From Gammaproteobacteria bacterium (GTDB lineage: Bacteria; Pseudomonadota; Gammaproteobacteria; SG8-11): a DNA stretch of 37,363 nt. The notes under the pieces were generated by a model. That model was given only the letters and a program-made list of their open reading frames with translations, made no database searches and was not told where the DNA came from. Numbering within the stretch: position 1 is the first letter of the stretch; each line of letters opens with the position of its first letter. The stretch covers positions 1-37,363 of the forward strand of contig JACQEQ010000301.1 in the NCBI GenBank assembly GCA_016200445.1. The letters are read 5' to 3'. Shown here one piece after another: positions 24,781 through 33,776 of the stretch. The position numbers and the translations under genes were made by a program.

Positions 24781-25909
24781 ATGAGTAAGAAAAAACTAGA
24801 ACTGACCTGGATCGGCAAGGAAACCCGGCCGAAGCTGGAGCCACGGATTTTGTTGGAGGATGCGGCGCGGTCGTATCACGCGAAATACAGGAGCGCGGGC
24901 GTCTCGCCCGCGCTCCAGGACATTTTCGACAACCGGCTGATCTTCGGCGACAACCTGCTGGCGCTGAAGGCGCTGGAGGCGGAGTTTGCGGGGAAGGTGA
25001 AGTGCGTGTTCATCGATCCGCCGTACAACACCGGCAGCGCCTTCACGCATTACGACGACGGGGTGGAGCATTCGATCTGGCTGTCGCTGATGCGCGACCG
25101 GCTGGAGATTATCCGGCGGTTGTTGTCGGAGGATGGTTCGCTGTGGATCACGATTGACGACAACGAGGCGCATTACCTGAAGGTGTTGTGCGATGAAGTG
25201 TTTGGGCGGGCGAATTTTGTTTCAACTGTTATCTGGCAAAAAAAATACGCACCGAAATCTGATTCCAAGTACTTTTCTGAATCGCATGATTTCGTATTGG
25301 TAATCGCCAAGCAGATTGATCGGTTTCAGCTTGGACGATTGCACAAGACAGAAAAGCAGACTGGTCGTTACACCAATCGAGACAACGACCCGCGTGGGTC
25401 TTGGAAGGCAAGTGACGTACTGCGGAATGAAGCACGGGATTACGCTATTTTTCCCGTGAAGTTACCTTCAGGGCGTGAGGTATGGCCGCCTTCTGGAACA
25501 AGCTGGAGATACACAAAGGAGAAGTTCGAAGAGCTGGTTGCCGATAATCGCATTTGGTTTGGTGTTGATGGCGATGCAAGACCGGCATACAAGCGATTTA
25601 TTTCGGAAGTGAGTGACACGATCCCAAGCACAACGATTTGGGGTTTTGACGAGGTTGGACATAACGACGAGTCGAAGAAAGAAATGCGAGCTATCTTTGG
25701 TGAGGATTTGTTCGCCACTCCAAAGCCGGAGAGATTGCTTCAGCGGGTTATCCAACTTGCTACCAACCCCAACGACCTCATCCTCGACTCCGAAGAAAAT
25801 TCCCAACGCGGTGTTGAAGCGCTGCGAGTGGGGTCATGACGACTACAGTTTGAAGGTGGAGAATCTGCCGCAGGCGGCGCCTAAGCCGGGGCAGGGGGAC
25901 TTATTTTGA
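24781..25909 (+). pseudogene. mod: Type III (beta-class N6/N4) DNA methyltransferase Mod, internally deleted
   Basis: Motif IV FIDPPYNTG and the pre-motif-I segment ATPKPERLLQRVIQLATNPNDLILDS are present. The FxGxG AdoMet motif that should follow is missing. The frame then runs into nonsense and stops at 25839. A C-terminal-looking fragment, KKIPNAVLKRCEWGHDDYSLKVENLP, continues in another frame to 25909. Confidence 0.65.
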
Positions 25910-25910
25910 T

Positions 25911-25993
25911 CCGCAGATTACGCAGATTTACACAGATTCAAAAACCAGAAACTGCCGTTGGGTTTAATCGGCGGAAATCTGCGAAATCTGTGG
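25911..25993. repeat. Left palindromic heptad-rich unit flanking the GxxExxY gene
   Basis: ccgcagattacgcagatttacacagattca ... aatcggcggaaatctgcgaaatctgtgg. The two halves are inverted copies built from CAGATT(T/A)-type heptads. Confidence 0.7.
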
Positions 25994-26005
25994 AGAAAGT
26001 TTCTT

Positions 26006-26458
26006 ATGAACAGGGATGAGCAAACTTTCGCAATTATCGGTGCGGCGATGGAGGTGCATCGGGAACTGGGTCATGGGTTCCTGGAAGCCGTTTACCAAGA
26101 GGCCCTTGCCCTGGAATTTACGGGCCGCCGGATTGTTTTCACGCGTGAAATCGAATTGCCCATTTTGTATCGAGGGCAACGACTGAACACGGGGTACCGC
26201 GCGGACTTTGTGTGTTTTGACGCGGTAGTTGTCGAGCTGAAAGCCCTGGACCGACTGACAACGAGGGAAGAGTCGCAGCTTATCAACTACCTCAAAGCCA
26301 GCGGCAAGGAGCGTGGGTTGTTGCTGAACTTTGGGAGCCGGAGCCTGGAATATAAAAGGATGATTTTTTCAAATCCGCAGATTACACGGATTTCCACAGA
26401 TTCATCTCAAGATAATCGGCGCGAATCTGCGCAATCTGCGGAAGGAGAAACTGGATGA
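26006..26458 (+). CDS. GxxExxY protein (PD-(D/E)XK-like small protein)
   Basis: [25 protein letters not shown] (GxxExxY), [26 protein letters not shown]...GLLLNFG. The C-terminal tail [10 protein letters not shown] is encoded by the right-hand repeat unit. Confidence 0.85.
   Translation: MNRDEQTFAIIGAAMEVHRELGHGFLEAVYQEALALEFTGRRIVFTREIELPILYRGQRLNTGYRADFVCFDAVVVELKALDRLTTREESQLINYLKASGKERGLLLNFGSRSLEYKRMIFSNPQITRISTDSSQDNRRESAQSAEGETG
26375..26441. repeat. Right palindromic heptad-rich unit flanking the GxxExxY gene
   Basis: ccgcagattacacggatttccacagattca ... aatcggcgcgaatctgcgcaatctgcgg. This is a direct copy of the unit at 25911-25993. Confidence 0.7.
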
Positions 26459-26511
26459 TTCGGGGGATAGGGTGTGGAACGATCACGCAGCCGTTTTATG
26501 AGAGGCAAGTT

Positions 26512-26736
26512 ATGAAGCTACAGATCGACGAAGAAGCGGATGCGCTGCACCTGCAATTGGTGGATGTGCCGGTGGTCGAGTCGGAGGAAGTGGCGCCCGG
26601 CGTGATCGTGGATTATGACGATGCCGATCAAGTGGTGGGTATTGAGGTGCTGCATTTATCGAAGCGGCCGCATCCGGTGAACCTGATGGATTTCCAATTC
26701 CTGACGAATCCACGGCGCGCGGTGGCGGGGAAATAA
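26512..26736 (+). CDS. DUF2283 domain protein
   Basis: MKLQIDEEADALHLQL...EEVAPGVIVDYDDADQVVGIEVLHLSKR. RBS gagagg lies upstream. Confidence 0.75.
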   Translation: MKLQIDEEADALHLQLVDVPVVESEEVAPGVIVDYDDADQVVGIEVLHLSKRPHPVNLMDFQFLTNPRRAVAGK

Positions 26737-29421
26737 GTGAACCGTCACGTCAATGCCATCGCCGGCCGGTTGAGTTTGCGCGCGCCGCAGCGCGCGTCGC
26801 TGGAAATTCTGGATCGCATCACCGAGATTGCGCCGCCGCGCAAGGCGGCCGACCTTGCGGCAGAGCTGGCGGCGATTCAAAGCGAGTATCCGACCGTCAC
26901 GGATTTCGAGCGCGAGTTTCCGTCGCTGTGTTTCGCGCTGGCGACCGGTGTGGGCAAGACGCGGCTGATGGGCGCGTTCATCAGCTACCTGCATCTTGCG
27001 CATGGGCTGAACAACTTTTTTGTGATGGCGCCAAATCTCACCATTTACAACAAACTCATTACCGACTTCACGCCGAATACATCGAAGTATGTATTCAAAG
27101 GGATTGCCGAGTTCGCGGTGAACAGCCCGTCGATCGTCACTGGCGATAACTATGAGAAGAGCGATCCGACCACGGGCACGCTGTTTGGCGGCGTGAGCGT
27201 GAACATCTTCAACATATCGAAGATCAATTCGGAAGTGCGTGGCGGCAAGTCGCCGAAGATTCGCCGCTTGTCGGAATATATCGGGCAGAGTTATTTCGAC
27301 TATCTCGCCGGGCTCGATGACTTGGTGCTCATCATGGACGAGTCGCACCGCTACCGCGCGTCGGCGGGCGTGCGCGCGATCAACGAATTAAAACCGGTGC
27401 TGGGGCTTGAACTGACCGCGACGCCGTTTGTGGAAACGAGCAAGGGGCCAGTTCAATTCAAGAACGTGATCTACGACTATCCGCTGGGTAAAGCGATGGA
27501 AGACGGCTTTGTAAAAGAACCGGCGGTGGTTACACAGAAGAATTTTGACCCGAGCAGTTTTACACCTGCGCAGCTTGAAGAGATCAAATTAAAAGACGGC
27601 ATACGCCTGCACGAAAACGTGAAGGTGGAGTTGGAAACCTACGCGCGGCAGACCGATCAGGCCATCGTCAAACCCTTCGTGCTGGTGATCGCGCGCGATA
27701 CCACGCACGCCGGGCAGTTGATGCAGTTAATTCAGTCGCACGAATTCTTCGAGGGGCGCTACAAGGACAAGGTGATTCAGGTGGATTCGAGCAAGACCGG
27801 CGCGGAGGAAGACGCGATGGTCGAACGGTTGCTGCGCGTCGAGCACGCCGACGAGCCGACGGAAATCGTAATCCACGTGAACATGCTCAAGGAAGGCTGG
27901 GACGTGACCAACCTCTACACCATCGTGCCGCTGCGCGCAGCGAATGCGCGGACCTTGATCGAGCAATCGATCGGGCGCGGCTTGCGCCTGCCCTACGGCA
28001 AACGCACCGGCGTGATGTCGGTGGACCGGCTCAACATCGTCGCGCACGACAAATTTCAGGAGATCGTCGACGAGGCAAACCGGGCGGATTCCGTGATTCG
28101 GTTGCAGCAAGTCATTCTCGATCCGGCCAACGATTTCGCGCCGATGGTGACGGTGGTTTCGAATGCGACCTTGCTCGATCACATCGGCGGCCATTCCGTG
28201 CACGTGGCGGGCGTGCCGGTGCAGAACCCGACGGCGCAAAATGTTTTCGCGACCGACGCTGAGAAGAAAATCGCTCAGGCTACCGTAGAGGTCATCAAGA
28301 AATTCGAGAATTACCCAACGTCGCGGAGTTTGCTCGACAAGAAAGTGCAGGAAAACCTTGTGCGCGAAGTGGCTGCCATCTACGCGCCGGTGCAAGGTGA
28401 GCTGGAAGGCATTGGTGAGAAGCCGGACATCGCCGCCGTTGTCGCCAAGGCGACCGCGTTGCTGGTGGACAAGACTATCGACATCCCGCGCATCACCGTT
28501 GTGCCGAAAGGCGAAGTCAGCAGCGGGTTTCATTCGTTCAAATTGAACGCGAGCGCGATTCACTATCAGCCGGTCGAGCGCGACATTTTGATTAAGCATT
28601 TGCGCACGAACGAGCTGGAAACATTGAGCAGCGCCGGAGCGGACGACATCGAGACGCGGCTCGAAGATTATCTGGTGCGCGCGTTGATCGACCACAACGA
28701 TATTTCCTACGACCATCACGCAGGGTTGCTGTACGACCTTGCCGGGCAGATGGTCGCGCATATTCGCGGTTATCTTTCCGAGGACGATGCGCGCAACGTG
28801 TTGCAATACTACCAACGCCCGCTGGCGGAATTCATCCACGCGCAAATGCAAAATCACTATTGGGAAAAGGTGTCGGGCTACGACGTGGCGGTGAGCAAAG
28901 GATTTACGACGCTACGGCGGTCGGCCTATACCGCACCCGCAGGCAAGATTGCGGCGAATTTCCGCGAGACCGTCACCGACCGGAACAAGATCGGACAAAT
29001 GCTGTTTAACGGTTTCAAAAATTGTTTGTATGATGTGCAGCGCTTTCATTCGGACACCGAGCGTAAGCTCGCGATCATTCTCGACCGCGATGCGCAGAAG
29101 TGGTTCCGGCCCGTCGCGGGGCAATTTCAGATGTACTACAAACTCGGCCACGAACAACCGGAATACGTGCCCGACTTCGTTGCCGAGGCAAGCGACGGCA
29201 ACTACGTGATCGAAACGAAAGCGCGCAATGAAATGGAAGCCGCCGACGTGCTCGCAAAACGCGACGCCGCCGTCGCCTGGTGCGGCCACGCAACGCGCCA
29301 CGCGAAGGACAACGGCGGCAAGCCGTGGCGTTATCTGCTGATTCCGCACGACGAGGTTGCCGAAAACATCACCCTGCCGGGTTTTGTATCGCGGTTTGCG
29401 TGCGAGCAACTCGAAGCGTAA
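26737..29421 (+). CDS. res: Type III restriction enzyme Res subunit (SF2 helicase plus C-terminal PD-(D/E)XK nuclease)
   Basis: LATGVGKTRLM (I), LIMDESHRY (II), LELTATP (III), MLKEGWDVTNL, QSIGRGLRLP (VI). The C-terminal nuclease-like segment is YVPDFVAEASDGNYVIETKA. The GTG start immediately follows the DUF2283 stop. Confidence 0.85.
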   Translation: MNRHVNAIAGRLSLRAPQRASLEILDRITEIAPPRKAADLAAELAAIQSEYPTVTDFEREFPSLCFALATGVGKTRLMGAFISYLHLAHGLNNFFVMAPNLTIYNKLITDFTPNTSKYVFKGIAEFAVNSPSIVTGDNYEKSDPTTGTLFGGVSVNIFNISKINSEVRGGKSPKIRRLSEYIGQSYFDYLAGLDDLVLIMDESHRYRASAGVRAINELKPVLGLELTATPFVETSKGPVQFKNVIYDYPLGKAMEDGFVKEPAVVTQKNFDPSSFTPAQLEEIKLKDGIRLHENVKVELETYARQTDQAIVKPFVLVIARDTTHAGQLMQLIQSHEFFEGRYKDKVIQVDSSKTGAEEDAMVERLLRVEHADEPTEIVIHVNMLKEGWDVTNLYTIVPLRAANARTLIEQSIGRGLRLPYGKRTGVMSVDRLNIVAHDKFQEIVDEANRADSVIRLQQVILDPANDFAPMVTVVSNATLLDHIGGHSVHVAGVPVQNPTAQNVFATDAEKKIAQATVEVIKKFENYPTSRSLLDKKVQENLVREVAAIYAPVQGELEGIGEKPDIAAVVAKATALLVDKTIDIPRITVVPKGEVSSGFHSFKLNASAIHYQPVERDILIKHLRTNELETLSSAGADDIETRLEDYLVRALIDHNDISYDHHAGLLYDLAGQMVAHIRGYLSEDDARNVLQYYQRPLAEFIHAQMQNHYWEKVSGYDVAVSKGFTTLRRSAYTAPAGKIAANFRETVTDRNKIGQMLFNGFKNCLYDVQRFHSDTERKLAIILDRDAQKWFRPVAGQFQMYYKLGHEQPEYVPDFVAEASDGNYVIETKARNEMEAADVLAKRDAAVAWCGHATRHAKDNGGKPWRYLLIPHDEVAENITLPGFVSRFACEQLEA

Positions 29422-29453
29422 CGAGAACAAGAATTTATGTTTAAGGGCAAACC

Positions 29454-31703
29454 ATGACTGACGAAACAAAAACCAACCCCGACGGTATCGAGCGTCAGCC
29501 GCTGCGCGCGTTCAGCGAGAAGGCGTATCTTGACTATTCGATGTACGTGATTCTGGATCGCGCGTTGCCGCATATCGGCGACGGCTTGAAGCCGGTGCAG
29601 CGGCGCATTGTTTATGCGATGAGCGAGCTGGGTTTGAAGGCCGGGAACAAATACAAAAAATCCGCGCGCACGGTCGGTGATGTGCTCGGCAAATTTCATC
29701 CGCATGGTGACTCGGCGTGTTACGAAGCGATGGTGTTGATGGCGCAGCCGTTTTCGTATCGCTATCCGCTGGTCGACGGGCAGGGCAACTGGGGATCGCC
29801 CGATGACCCCAAATCCTTCGCCGCGATGCGTTACACCGAATCGCGCTTGGCGAAATATGCCGAAGTGTTGCTCGCGGAGTTGGGGCAGGGCACGGTCGAT
29901 TGGGTGCCGAATTTCGACGGCACCATGGACGAGCCGTCGCTGTTGCCGGCGCGCTTGCCTAACGTGTTGTTGAACGGGACGACCGGCATCGCGGTCGGCA
30001 TGGCAACCGATATTCCGCCACATAACCTGCGCGAAGTCGCCGCAGCGTGTATTCACTTGATCGAAAATCCCAAAGCCACGGTCAGCGAGCTGTGTGAATT
30101 CGTGTTGGGGCCGGATTTCCCCACCGACGCGGAAATCATCACGCCGCGCCAAGAGCTGTTGGCGATGTATGAAACCGGTAACGGTTCGGTGCGCATGCGT
30201 GCGCGTTACGAAATTGAAGATGGCTGTGTGGTGCTGACGTCGCTGCCGCACCAGACCTCGGGCGCGAAAATCCTGGAGCAGATCGCGCAGCAGATGAATG
30301 CGAAGAAATTGCCGATGGTGGAAGACTTGCGCGACGAGTCCGACCACGAAAACCCGACGCGCCTGGTGATCGTGCCGCGTTCCAACCGCGTGGATTTGGA
30401 TGAATTGATGGGCCACCTGTTCGCGACCACCGACCTGGAACGCAGCTACCGTATCAACATGAACATGATCGGCTTGAACGGCCGCCCGCAGGTCAAGAAC
30501 CTACGCGACCTGTTGAGCGAGTGGCTGGAGTTCCGCATGTTGACGGTTCGCCGCCGCTTGCAGTGGCGGCTCGACAAGGTCAATGCGCGCTTGCACATCC
30601 TTGACGGTTTGCTGATCGCCTACCTGAACATCGACGAAGTGATTCGCATCATCCGCACCAACGACGAGCCCAAGCCGGTGTTGATGGCGCGTTTCAAGCT
30701 GAGCGACACGCAGGCCGAGGCGATTCTAGAACTCAAGCTGCGGCACCTCGCCAAGCTCGAAGAAATGCAGATTCGCACCGAGCAGAACGAGCTGGCCGAA
30801 GAACGCGACGAACTGCAAAAAATTCTGGATTCGGGTAAGCGGTTACGCACGCTAGTCAAAAAAGAAATTCAGGACGACATGAAAACCTACGGTGACGAAC
30901 GCCGTTCGCCCTTGGTCACACGTGCAATCGCCAAGGCCATCGACGAATCGACGCTGGTCGGTGCCGAGCCGGTAACGGTCATTTTGTCCGAAAAAGGCTG
31001 GGTGCGTTCCGCCAAAGGCCACGACATCGACGCGCTCGCGCTGCAATACAAAGCGGGCGACAGCTTTCGCGCAGCCGCCATCGGCAAGAGTAATCAGTCT
31101 GCGGTGTTCCTCGACTCCACCGGCCGTGCCTATACGTTGCCTGCGCACCAATTGCCATCGGCGCGCGGCCACGGCGAACCGCTGACCGGCTGGCTGAATC
31201 CGCCGCCGGGCGCAACCTTTGCGGGTGTCATGTTGGGTGTGCCGGAGCAGTTGTACCTGGTCGGCAGCGACGCGGGTTACGGCTTCGTCGCCAAGCTCGA
31301 AGACATGTCGACTAAAAATAAAAACGGTAAAGCCGTATTGAGCGTATCGGCAGGGAGTCGCGTCGTGGCACCTGCACCGATTTTCGATGTCGAAACCGAC
31401 CGCCTCGCCGCAGTCACCAACGACGGTCACATGCTGGTATTTGCAGTAAAAGACCTGCCTATGCTGGCAAAAGGCCGTGGCAATAAAATTATCGGTGTGT
31501 CGCCCAAGGACGACGAAGCGTTATTCGCGTTGCTGTCGATTCCAAAAGGCGGTGGCCTGACCATCTTCGCCGGCAAACAACACACCACGCTGAGTGCCAG
31601 CGAATTGAACGAGTACCAAGGCGAACGCGGACGACGCGGCAAGAAACTTCCGCGTGGCTATCAGAAGGTGGATCGCGTCGCGTTACTTCCTCCAGCATCG
31701 TGA
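29454..31703 (+). CDS. parC: DNA topoisomerase IV subunit A
   Basis: [33 protein letters not shown], the active-site [10 protein letters not shown], and a length of 749 aa. Confidence 0.9.
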   Translation: MTDETKTNPDGIERQPLRAFSEKAYLDYSMYVILDRALPHIGDGLKPVQRRIVYAMSELGLKAGNKYKKSARTVGDVLGKFHPHGDSACYEAMVLMAQPFSYRYPLVDGQGNWGSPDDPKSFAAMRYTESRLAKYAEVLLAELGQGTVDWVPNFDGTMDEPSLLPARLPNVLLNGTTGIAVGMATDIPPHNLREVAAACIHLIENPKATVSELCEFVLGPDFPTDAEIITPRQELLAMYETGNGSVRMRARYEIEDGCVVLTSLPHQTSGAKILEQIAQQMNAKKLPMVEDLRDESDHENPTRLVIVPRSNRVDLDELMGHLFATTDLERSYRINMNMIGLNGRPQVKNLRDLLSEWLEFRMLTVRRRLQWRLDKVNARLHILDGLLIAYLNIDEVIRIIRTNDEPKPVLMARFKLSDTQAEAILELKLRHLAKLEEMQIRTEQNELAEERDELQKILDSGKRLRTLVKKEIQDDMKTYGDERRSPLVTRAIAKAIDESTLVGAEPVTVILSEKGWVRSAKGHDIDALALQYKAGDSFRAAAIGKSNQSAVFLDSTGRAYTLPAHQLPSARGHGEPLTGWLNPPPGATFAGVMLGVPEQLYLVGSDAGYGFVAKLEDMSTKNKNGKAVLSVSAGSRVVAPAPIFDVETDRLAAVTNDGHMLVFAVKDLPMLAKGRGNKIIGVSPKDDEALFALLSIPKGGGLTIFAGKQHTTLSASELNEYQGERGRRGKKLPRGYQKVDRVALLPPAS

Positions 31704-31844
31704 TCGGATCAAAAGTCGTAGCATGGTTCACATAGGGTCTGTGAACCACTGCGTAGTGCAACCGGCTTCACAAAATTTATTCAATATTTAGAGGGATCAA
31801 GACGATACAAATTAAGATAAACGTATCGCTTGGACTGTAGTTTC

Positions 31845-33599
31845 ATGTTTTTTTCCGGACTCAAGCCGTGGGGTGAGGGCGTGCATCGTTGGTTGCGCGG
31901 TGAGTTGCCCACGCGCGCGCTGGCGCTCGAGTTCGATGTGGCCGCCCCGGCTTTCGAATCTGCCAAGCCCCGGCACAATCTGATCGGATTTCTTCGTGCC
32001 TGCCGCGCCACCCGTGGCCGCCGTGTCTTGATCTTGCAAACCGTCAACGCACATCTCGCAGCATTGAATTGCTACCCGGTGACCGCCTTAACACGTTGGC
32101 TGCATGCACTCGTTGCGGATAATTATCTGCGTGCGGCGGTGGGCGCGGTGTATACCGCATACAGCAAACGCGATGAAAATCCCGAGTCGGATGAACGCAA
32201 ATTACATACGCAACTCGCAATCGATGCGGTCCAACAGCTGGCAATCTGCTATGCGCTGGTGCTGCATGTTGTGTGCCGGTGGCCGGATCGTATTTACGCT
32301 TTATGTCATGACAAGGCGCTCAAAATCGGTCATCGAATTTTCGAGTTGATCCATGCGGAGCAGCATTTATGTGCATTACGCCGTATGAAGCTGCCCGAAC
32401 GCTCATGGCGCAACTGCAATCAACTGTATTTTGCGCTCTGCGAATGCGAGGACGTGTTGCGCGAAATGCCGCTGGCGGGTTATTTATCCGAGCCCAATCG
32501 CCCGGCGTGGCAACCCACGGCACGCGAACCCGCCCCGACGCATGCGAGCGTGCAGCAAATCTATATCGTGTTGCAGGCGACTGGCATGATGGATCATGGC
32601 ACCTGGCCGCCGCAGCAATTTTTTTGGATGCTGGTGTATTTGCGCCGTACCTTGCCGCGACTCAAATTGCGCGCCTATACGGAGCAGGCGCTTAACGATG
32701 CGAGCGTGATCATCCGGCGTTCGATGCATCGGGCACCGACGTTTAAAAGCCGTCATTTGCCGAAAGAGCCGGCGTTGTTGCTGGATGTTGGGCCATTGCT
32801 GCGCCGCGTCGAACGCGATCTGGAGCGGCTCAACGCCGGCCAGCAAGATACGTTGTTCAAGCGCTTGGTTGGTGTTGCGGGCGTCAATCTGCTCGAACAG
32901 GCGCAACTGCTGGAACATATGCGGCGTAAATTGCGTTATCACGCCCACCGCGATCCGCGCAGCGACGCGGATCGCTATGTCGATCTGAGTCTGCATTGGG
33001 GCTTTGCCGAAGTATTTGCCACGGTTAGGGCGGCTTCCAGCAGCGACGATCAGTGGAGCTTCGACGACCTGCAACTAACACAGCAACGGGTAAAAGCGAA
33101 TGCCGTTCCAGATTCGCACCCAGCAACGATACCGCATGTAAATCCGTATTTTCTGATCAATGAAAGTTCCAGCGGCATGCAGTTCAAATTTCAGGAGACC
33201 GTCGATACCAAGCCATTGTTCATCGGCCAATTGATGACCTGTACGCGTGATTCCGATGCACAGCACAGCGGCGTGCCGCAAGTTGCGTATGTCAGCCGCG
33301 TGCAACGCAGCCGCAGTGGCGAGATCGAAGTTGCAGTGCAAAAGCTTGCTGTCGAAGCAGAATGTGCCGGAGTGCAAGACCCGCACATGTTGGATGCGAA
33401 CAAAGTCCTGCCGGGATTATTGCTGAACTGTCTTGACGGCAAATGGCGTTTCTTGTTGCATAGCAAACATGGTTCGTACGCCATTTCAAAACTGTTTTTA
33501 TGCTCGGGCGGACAAAAGCGCAGTTTGCAGCTCGGACGCATGTACCTGTACCAGCCGGAGTTCGTAGTGTTCGATATAGTTGGATTCGAACACCATTAG
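31845..33599 (+). CDS. Large hypothetical protein with a C-terminal PilZ-like domain
   Basis: NESSSG fits (D/N)xSxxG. The last 160 aa or so align by eye with the partial ORF at 36781-37362. The start is uncertain (ATG 31845 or TTG 31830). Confidence 0.5.
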   Translation: MFFSGLKPWGEGVHRWLRGELPTRALALEFDVAAPAFESAKPRHNLIGFLRACRATRGRRVLILQTVNAHLAALNCYPVTALTRWLHALVADNYLRAAVGAVYTAYSKRDENPESDERKLHTQLAIDAVQQLAICYALVLHVVCRWPDRIYALCHDKALKIGHRIFELIHAEQHLCALRRMKLPERSWRNCNQLYFALCECEDVLREMPLAGYLSEPNRPAWQPTAREPAPTHASVQQIYIVLQATGMMDHGTWPPQQFFWMLVYLRRTLPRLKLRAYTEQALNDASVIIRRSMHRAPTFKSRHLPKEPALLLDVGPLLRRVERDLERLNAGQQDTLFKRLVGVAGVNLLEQAQLLEHMRRKLRYHAHRDPRSDADRYVDLSLHWGFAEVFATVRAASSSDDQWSFDDLQLTQQRVKANAVPDSHPATIPHVNPYFLINESSSGMQFKFQETVDTKPLFIGQLMTCTRDSDAQHSGVPQVAYVSRVQRSRSGEIEVAVQKLAVEAECAGVQDPHMLDANKVLPGLLLNCLDGKWRFLLHSKHGSYAISKLFLCSGGQKRSLQLGRMYLYQPEFVVFDIVGFEHH

Positions 33600-33688
33600 T
33601 TGTCTGGTATAACCTACCCAGCGTTGTAATATAATCACCTGCCGAAGTCGTTTAAACTTGCGTACTGTCTACGGCTATCCGCCCGCCA

Positions 33689-33716
33689 CTTGAAATGAAC
33701 CGGTTGATCCCCATTG
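33689..33716 (+). promoter_or_regulatory. Sigma-32 (RpoH) heat-shock promoter of htpX
   Basis: CTTGAAA - 13 nt - CCCCATTG, about 60 nt upstream of the htpX ATG. It matches the CTTGAAA/CCCCATNT consensus. Confidence 0.7.
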
Positions 33717-33776
33717 ATGTACGCAGTATTGCGTATGCTTGTTTTGGTAATAACGCAACCACACGAGGAGTTGTAA

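Larger units (their letters stand above)
17729..29453 (+). other. Accessory (defence/toxin) island between parE and parC
   Basis: All genes in this interval belong to toxin, restriction or helicase families and all are on the + strand. Composition is mosaic by eye. The housekeeping partners parE and parC flank the interval directly. Confidence 0.6.

Noticed and set aside
25911-26441. Possible CRISPR-like array, given the repeated cagatt-type motifs
   Set aside because: There are only two larger units, each internally palindromic and built from degenerate heptads. They flank a protein-coding gene rather than alternating with regular spacers. No cas genes are present.
31724-31748. Hairpin TGGTTCACA-n7-TGTGAACCA after parC as a terminator
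   Set aside because: The 9-bp stem is AT-moderate and no T-run follows, which is too weak to call. It may still be a protein-binding palindrome.
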